From Candidatus Latescibacterota bacterium (GTDB lineage Bacteria; Latescibacterota; UBA2968; GCA-2709665): a stretch of DNA of 64,000 bases. Below the pieces are notes generated by a model. That model searched no databases. It was given only the letters and a program-made list of their open reading frames with translations, and had not been told where the DNA came from. Shown one piece after another: positions 58,705 through 64,000 of the stretch. A program made the position numbers and the translations under genes. Every line of letters begins with the position of its first letter. The first letter of the stretch is position 1. The stretch is from positions 608,001 to 672,000 of the forward strand of contig OZ241917.1 in assembly GCA_965203805.1 (NCBI GenBank). The letters run 5' to 3'.

Positions 58705-60054
58705 TCAGGCTGCCTTGATGTGGTCGATCACCTCGGCCTTGAGCGCCTCTCTCAGCAACGGGTTATCGACACAGAAGATACGTACGACCTTGGCCTGCGT
58801 CTCAAAATTGCCGATCAGATACTCCTTGAGCATGGAAACTTCCGGGTCGTCGAAATGGAGGGGATCGGCCTTGTCGACAGGGATGTGGGATCCGAAGTAG
58901 ACATTCAGGTTTACTTCGGGGCTCTTGCCAAGCCGGGGAATATCGATGAGAATTTCGTCACCGTTGAGTGGGAGCCCGGTCTTCGTGCCGAACGCCCTGC
59001 ACAGTCCAATTTCGAGCATGCGCCGGTCCGTTGGATGGTAATACAACCTCTCGAGTCTGGCGGCCAGTCCCTTTTCTCGCTCGTGAGGAAAGAAGACTCT
59101 CGCGACCTTATGGAGTTTTCGGCGTTTCAGGCGCCCGATCATGCTGTTTCGTCGATCGACGCCCAGTCGGTCCATTTCCAGTTCCAGGCGATGAATCAGG
59201 TCGGCTTCGGTCGCCCGGTTGAAGTCTCCTTCGCCCAGGCTGGACGCATGATGGTGCAACAGGTCCTGGACGCCACGTTTGAACATTGCGTTGGCAGACC
59301 GCACCGCGTGATGCCAGTAGACGTTTCGATACATCAGATAGCTGGTGAATACAAGGGCTTCCACCGCCGAGACACCCTTGTAGGTGATTGCGGGGCGCTG
59401 TCCCTTCGGATCGTACGTTATCGAGCCCAACAGGCGGTCGCGGTTGACGGATTCGCCGAACGGCACACCGCAGTAACGCGCGTCTCTCAGCAGGTAGTCG
59501 ATTTTGTCCGGATCGAGTGTACCGCTCAGAATGTGCGCCAGGCGCAGGTCCTCATCGGGGATGGACACGTTTCGGTTGCGATAGTCAATCACGTTCGCCA
59601 CCCGAAGGGGGTCCGTCTCCGCCTGTATCAGCGCGCGGTTGACTTCGGTAGAGGCGTCGAGTATGATCTGCCGCCCGCGCTCCTCGTGATCGGAGAAAAA
59701 CATCTGCATTTCTTCGAGTACGTGGCAAAATGGATAGTGCCCGATGTCGTGCAGGAGGCTGGCTGCCAGCAGGACGCGTGCGTCTTCGATCGTGACGTCC
59801 AGGGGCGGGTCCGCCAGGACAAGCCGGCGCAGAAACTGCCCTGTTATGTGAAAGACGCCCAGAGAATGTTCGAACCGGGAATGGCGCGCGCCGGGATACA
59901 CGAGAAGTACGTGGCCAAGTTGCGAGATGTCGCGCAGGCGCTGGAATTCTTCGGCGTCAACGAGCGGAACCAGATAGTGGGGAATGTGGATGTGTCCCCA
60001 AATGGGGTCCCGGATGGCCTTGCCCGTATCCAGAAACCGGAGGTCGATGCGCAT
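58705..60054 (-). CDS. HD-domain phosphohydrolase (SAMHD1/dNTPase-like)
   Basis: IRDPIWG, FQRLRDISQLG, HSRFEHSLG, LLHDIGH, DKIDYL.RD. Confidence 0.9.
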   Translation of the reverse strand: MRIDLRFLDTGKAIRDPIWGHIHIPHYLVPLVDAEEFQRLRDISQLGHVLLVYPGARHSRFEHSLGVFHITGQFLRRLVLADPPLDVTIEDARVLLAASLLHDIGHYPFCHVLEEMQMFFSDHEERGRQIILDASTEVNRALIQAETDPLRVANVIDYRNRNVSIPDEDLRLAHILSGTLDPDKIDYLLRDARYCGVPFGESVNRDRLLGSITYDPKGQRPAITYKGVSAVEALVFTSYLMYRNVYWHHAVRSANAMFKRGVQDLLHHHASSLGEGDFNRATEADLIHRLELEMDRLGVDRRNSMIGRLKRRKLHKVARVFFPHEREKGLAARLERLYYHPTDRRMLEIGLCRAFGTKTGLPLNGDEILIDIPRLGKSPEVNLNVYFGSHIPVDKADPLHFDDPEVSMLKEYLIGNFETQAKVVRIFCVDNPLLREALKAEVIDHIKAA

Positions 60055-60372
60055 AGTCGGATGCCCGGTGCGTGGCCGTTGCGGGAAGGAGAAACGACGT
60101 ACACGATCGGTCGGAAAATCACTGGCGTGACGCCCGTCATCGGCGATTTTCCCGTGTTCGGCTATTCGAAATATCGGCATCGAAGGGTCGCGTGTCAAGT
60201 CTCGCGGCCTGAAAGGGACTTCCCCTGCGCGCAGGCTGTTGAAATTGAAATTCGCATTACGTTTCGGTATTCCGCGGCAGAAGAGGCGTGAACGGACGTT
60301 GACGCCGGCCCGGCGCCGTCAACGCCTGGATATCGGCTGCCGGAGGCCGACCGCATTTCGAAGAGGTCGCCG

Positions 60373-61095
60373 ATGATTGCCCTTGAGGCGTGGTGGGAAG
60401 GCCCGCCGCGTCAGGCGCGTGTGGCGGTGATTGCGGAAATGTGCAGGGTGCTCGACGAGACTCTCGGCGGCTCATCCCGGGACCTCAAACGCGTGCGTCC
60501 GGACGGCCTCGATGCGCTGATGCGGACCATCCTGTCCCAAAACACGAACGACGAAAACCGGGACAGGGCGTACGACAGGATGCGTGCGCGGTTTCCGGAT
60601 TGGCGTGACGTGATGGCAGCAGACACGGCGGCCTTGAAGGACGCCGTCCGCGTGGCGGGACTGGCGAATTCGAAGGCCCCGAACATGCAGGCGTTTCTAA
60701 ATTGGTTGGAGCATGAACGGGGGAGCTTGAATCTGGACTTTCTCAGGCACCTATCGAACCAGGCCGCGGTCACCCTGTTGACGAAACATCGAGGCATCGG
60801 GATCAAGACAGCCTATATTGTGTTGGCTTTTGCCTTCGACCGCGACCTGTGCGCGGTGGATACGCACGTGTATCGCGTTCTGCGTCGGGTTGGGGTTGTC
60901 TCGGCGCGATGCGGTCGCGAGAAGGCACACACCGAACTCGCGCCTCTGGTCCCGAAGGGTCAGGCCAGGCCGTTTCACATGAACATGGTTGATTTCGGCA
61001 AGACGGTGTGTACCGCCAGAAAGCCTTCCTGCGGCGTCTGTCCTGTTTCCCGTCTGTGCAGATACTATCGCGAAATACAGGGCGGACGCATCTGA
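60373..61095 (+). CDS. nth: Endonuclease III family DNA glycosylase (HhH-GPD, 4Fe-4S)
   Basis: ILSQNT, GIGIKTA, VDTHV, CTARKPSCGVCPVSRLC. Confidence 0.88.
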   Translation: MIALEAWWEGPPRQARVAVIAEMCRVLDETLGGSSRDLKRVRPDGLDALMRTILSQNTNDENRDRAYDRMRARFPDWRDVMAADTAALKDAVRVAGLANSKAPNMQAFLNWLEHERGSLNLDFLRHLSNQAAVTLLTKHRGIGIKTAYIVLAFAFDRDLCAVDTHVYRVLRRVGVVSARCGREKAHTELAPLVPKGQARPFHMNMVDFGKTVCTARKPSCGVCPVSRLCRYYREIQGGRI

Positions 61096-61153
61096 CTGGG
61101 AACCGTTCTGAATACGGCCGCAACAACGGGTTGCCCCCGCGGGGGCGTGTGCG

Positions 61154-62407
61154 TCAATCGATTCTGATTCGCTGAAGATCGAACGAGTCGACATTGTAGG
61201 GCTCGAAAGTATCGTCGTCGCCGGGTGTGTAGACCGCGACATAGAGATTCCGATCGTCGTTATCGATGACGATGCCGCGTTCTTTGAGATTTCCGGCCGC
61301 GAGAAGATAGTTCGTCTCCAGTTTTGTCCGCGTATCGAATTCAACGATAAATACACCCGCTTCATCGGCGTCTGTGGGCGCGACGAACAGACGTCGGCCG
61401 TCGCGGCTCAACGCAAGCCCCAGAGCGGGAGACTTGATTTCGTATTTGCCCGTCAGCGTCAGGTCGCGTGCGCTGAATACCCACAGATCCTCGACGTTGC
61501 CGCGGTCATCCGGGTCTGCCAACCCCAGAAAGAGATGGTCGTTGGAAGGTCCCATGACAAAATCGTTGATCCTGGCGGAGAAACTGAAGCGGGTTGACGT
61601 GGTCTCTGTCGTTGGGAAATGCCCTGAGGCGTCGTATTTCAAGACATTGTTCCTGGCGGCAACGAAGAGCTTACGGTCGCCGTGGTTCATCAGCAATGCG
61701 CCCGAACGCACATTCCCGCTGGTTTCCAGATTGTCTGCAATGGATACCGCAATCAGCAGCGGTTCATCCAGCGAGGACACATAGACAATCGAATCGGTCC
61801 CGCAGACGATGTGGGATATGTCATTCAGCGAAAACGGAACGGTCTTAAGTATGGTGAACGCATTCAGATCGATTATTTTCAGGTTCGATTCGCCGTTCAG
61901 TCCCACCACCAGACGGCGCTGGTCCGGAGTGACGTCGATGTCGATGGGGTGGGATCCTACCTGAAGGCTCCCTTCGACCACCATCTGTTTGCCAGTGTGA
62001 ATGCGGAGTATCCGGTTGTTTCCGTAGTCGGCAAGGTACAGATACGGCTGGACCGGATCCATGACCATATCAGAAATATTCACGCCAAGTTTCAGGATAT
62101 CGAAATCTCTGATTTCGTAAAACCGCTCCGGCTCTTCGTCGTCGAAATAGAGCGAACAACCCGACACGACAAGAGACATGGACAGGGCAAAAAAAAGGAA
62201 CCGGCCACTTGTTTTTCCAATGAGGCGAATGCCGGATCGCCAGGTGTTCAGTCCCGGAAACAGGTTGCCTGAACTCGGCCGTCGAGTCGCCAGGCTCGCA
62301 TCCTTCGACAGGCTCCGGACCCAGCGCCTGAGCGCAGGCGACCCGGGCAGGGTCGGCGAGCGAATGGTGAGGTATTTTTGGGACGGGACACTAGAGCGAG
62401 AAGACAT
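61154..62407 (-). CDS. YncE/YVTN-type beta-propeller lipoprotein; MITE copy C lies in-frame in its 5' end (start uncertain)
   Basis: Lipobox VSGC; repeated blades (VGSHPIDIDVTPD, GLALSRDGRRLFV). Confidence 0.75.
   Translation of the reverse strand: MSSRSSVPSQKYLTIRSPTLPGSPALRRWVRSLSKDASLATRRPSSGNLFPGLNTWRSGIRLIGKTSGRFLFFALSMSLVVSGCSLYFDDEEPERFYEIRDFDILKLGVNISDMVMDPVQPYLYLADYGNNRILRIHTGKQMVVEGSLQVGSHPIDIDVTPDQRRLVVGLNGESNLKIIDLNAFTILKTVPFSLNDISHIVCGTDSIVYVSSLDEPLLIAVSIADNLETSGNVRSGALLMNHGDRKLFVAARNNVLKYDASGHFPTTETTSTRFSFSARINDFVMGPSNDHLFLGLADPDDRGNVEDLWVFSARDLTLTGKYEIKSPALGLALSRDGRRLFVAPTDADEAGVFIVEFDTRTKLETNYLLAAGNLKERGIVIDNDDRNLYVAVYTPGDDDTFEPYNVDSFDLQRIRID
62243..62394 (+). mobile_element. 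MITE-like repeat family 1, copy C
   Basis: GTGTTCAGTCCCGGAAA ... TTTTGGGACGGGACACTAG terminal inverted repeats; ends in CTAG. Confidence 0.75.
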
Positions 62408-63356
62408 AGGACGTGCTCAGTTCGATCAGATAGTCGGACGTCAGCTGGCTTTCGTTCACGTTTTGAAATACGACGATGGGCAGGTGAAATTCAACACTCA
62501 GATTGTCCAGGACATTAAGCCCCAGTTCCGGCGAAAGATACGTCCACTTCCCGCCGCGTTCTCTTGTAATCTTGCCGAACTGGTATCGATCCCTTGACGT
62601 GATCAGGTTTTTCAGACTCAAGCCGCCGAAGAACCAGCCGTCGCCGGCGTATTCCAGAGACAGGCTTGCGTGCAGTTCGTTTCCGTATTTGTAGCCGTAT
62701 ATGTTCTGCCGTGTGGTGATGCGGGTAAAGACGCCTCCGGAGACCGTCAGATCTTCAAGTCGTTGAACTACATTGAACGCGAGAATCGGATCCACGCTAC
62801 CCGATCCGATCTGAAGATTGTCGGAGAAACGTTCGCCGTATTGATCTAATGCATTAACGGATCCGTTTGCCAGCTTCAATCCAACCCCGACATTCATACC
62901 GGGAAAGCCCGCCTTTAGAGGTGCGGCGTAATTCAACATGACCACAATATCGCCCAGCCCGGAAGCATGCCGGACATACTTCCCTCCCTCATATTGATTG
63001 TGGTTCTGGCCGCGCAGCAGCACTTTTTCATTGGTCACGGAACGAAACGGGACGGCAAGCGCAAGACCGATGCGTCGGGTCACACCGTACGAGGCAAAGA
63101 TGGTGGTCGTGGCATTATCGGTACGCTCGCGATTGACGTTCGGGATCGCACGAGACCCGTAGTGGGGGTCGGACAGGAACTCGTAGCCGTAGTGAACGCT
63201 GAGCTTCAGGTGGTCCTGGACGCCCAGGCTGTTCTGCATCAGGCTTCCGCCCGGAAGCACGGGACGGCGTCAGCTGACGCCGCCTTGAGCGTTGGCGGCC
63301 GGGGCCGTGAAGGATTGCGTGATGATGAACAGACAGAACGCTGAGTACAAACGCAT
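62391..63356 (-). CDS. Putative selenoprotein outer-membrane beta-barrel (MetA-pathway/'transporter'-like); TGA at 63272-63270 = Sec29
   Basis: GAGG RBS + ATG + signal peptide MRLYSAFCLFIITQSFTAPAANA, in frame through QGGVS-TGA-RRPVLPG with the 289-aa ORF. Barrel motifs GLGDI, LQIGSGSVD, YKYGNE. Confidence 0.72.
63243..63258 (-). promoter_or_regulatory. Putative bacterial SECIS element of the barrel gene
   Basis: GCTTCC-GGGC-GGAAGC hairpin starting 11 nt after the UGA; G-initiated loop. Confidence 0.65.
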
Positions 63357-63418
63357 ACCGGGTTTCCTCAATCTCTGGATTTTGAACGCGAGGCTGGCGT
63401 CCGGGTTTCACGGGTTGA

Positions 63419-63447
63419 AATATACCTTACATGAGTCTGGATGGCAA
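63419..63447 (-). promoter_or_regulatory. Putative sigma70 promoter of the barrel-propeller operon
   Basis: TTGCCA-N17-TATATT on the minus strand. Confidence 0.55.
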
Positions 63448-63525
63448 GGCGGATTTTGATTCGTGACACGACATAGAGCCCAAATTTACATATCTTTACA
63501 TAGCCCGCCGTCGCGCTGTTTTTGC

Positions 63526-63554
63526 TTGACACCGTGGGACGATTGGGCTATCTT
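63526..63554 (+). promoter_or_regulatory. Sigma70 promoter of the tRNA operon
   Basis: TTGACA-N17-TATCTT. Confidence 0.7.
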
Positions 63555-63598
63555 TAACCACCGCTTTTCAGCGGACGGCTTCGTGCGCCGGACTTGTG

Positions 63599-63672
63599 GC
63601 TCCCGTAGCTCAGCTGGATAGAGCAACTGCCTTCTAAGCAGTAGGTCGCAGGTTCGAGTCCTGCCGGGAGTG
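63599..63672 (+). tRNA. tRNA-Arg(TCT), CCA not encoded
   Basis: Acceptor GCTCCCG/CGGGAGT, anticodon arm ACTGC-CTTCTAA-GCAGT, GGTTCGAGTCC T-arm. Confidence 0.95.
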
Positions 63673-63686
63673 TATTGTGGCAGTTC

Positions 63687-63840
63687 GCGTTCTGTCCCGG
63701 AAACAGGTTGGCTGATTTCGGCCGACGAGTCGCCCGACTCACAAAGCCCCTGAGTGAGTTGACCTGGGCAAGGTCGGCGAGCGAAGGGAACGCTGCGAGA
63801 CGGGATGAATGGTAAGATATTTCCGGGTCGGGAAGATTAG
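63687..63840 (+). mobile_element. MITE-like repeat family 1, copy D (tRNA spacer)
   Basis: TCTGTCCCGGAAACAGGTTGGCTGATTTCGGCCGACGAGTCGC...GGGCAAGGTCGGCGAGCGA...GAATGGTAAGATATTTCCGGG. Confidence 0.7.
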
Positions 63841-63841
63841 T

Positions 63842-63919
63842 GGTGGGTGTAGCTCAGCTGGTTAGAGCGCCTGGTTGTGGCCCAGGAGGTCGGGGGTTCA
63901 AGTCCCCTCACTCACCCCA
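63842..63919 (+). tRNA. tRNA-His(GTG) with encoded G-1 and CCA
   Basis: G-GTGGGTG/CACTCAC-C-CCA; anticodon arm CCTGG-TTGTGGC-CCAGG. Confidence 0.95.
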
Positions 63920-63939
63920 TTTTTTTCGCTATCTCTCGC

Positions 63940-63977
63940 CTTTGGTTCCCTCATTGGGTGTGAACCAGAGGTTTTTT
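63940..63977 (+). terminator. Rho-independent terminator after the tRNAs
   Basis: CTTTGGTTC...GAACCAGAGG stem followed by TTTTTT. Confidence 0.65.
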
Positions 63978-64000
63978 CACGTCCGCCATTTTCCATGATT

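Noticed and set aside
60289-60302. SOS-box-like TGAACGGACGTTGA upstream of nth
   Set aside because: It mismatches the core, is part of a GC hairpin and has no clear overlapping promoter; too weak to call.
63599-63919. tRNA-anchored genomic island or prophage
   Set aside because: No integrase and no duplicated tRNA 3' end within the window.

Overview
GC-rich bacterial chromosomal window, most likely from the FCB superphylum (Latescibacterota-like). This placement is inferred from the SprA/Sov, DUF6785-type and catabolic genes. Positions 1-18 kb hold accessory transport and catabolic genes, followed by a DUF2953-YtfJ-ATP-grasp unit. Next is an extended suf operon (sufBCDSUT, rrf2, a second nuoB, nfuA, radical SAM) divergent from an 11-subunit complex I operon lacking nuoEFG. 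After that come a PqqD-type pair, lexA, a sprA-comEA-pilM-like-coaD-obgE-dprA run, lptFG, an M23 peptidase, an HD hydrolase, nth, and tRNA-Arg and tRNA-His. The ORF track truncates two probable UGA-recoded selenoproteins. One is a CUAEP-tail radical SAM enzyme (20587-22014). The other, and most novel, is an exported outer-membrane beta-barrel with Sec just after its signal peptide (62391-63356), paired with a beta-propeller lipoprotein. Two MITE-like repeat families recur in the window; one copy lies in-frame in a gene and one remnant supplies a gene's C-terminus.
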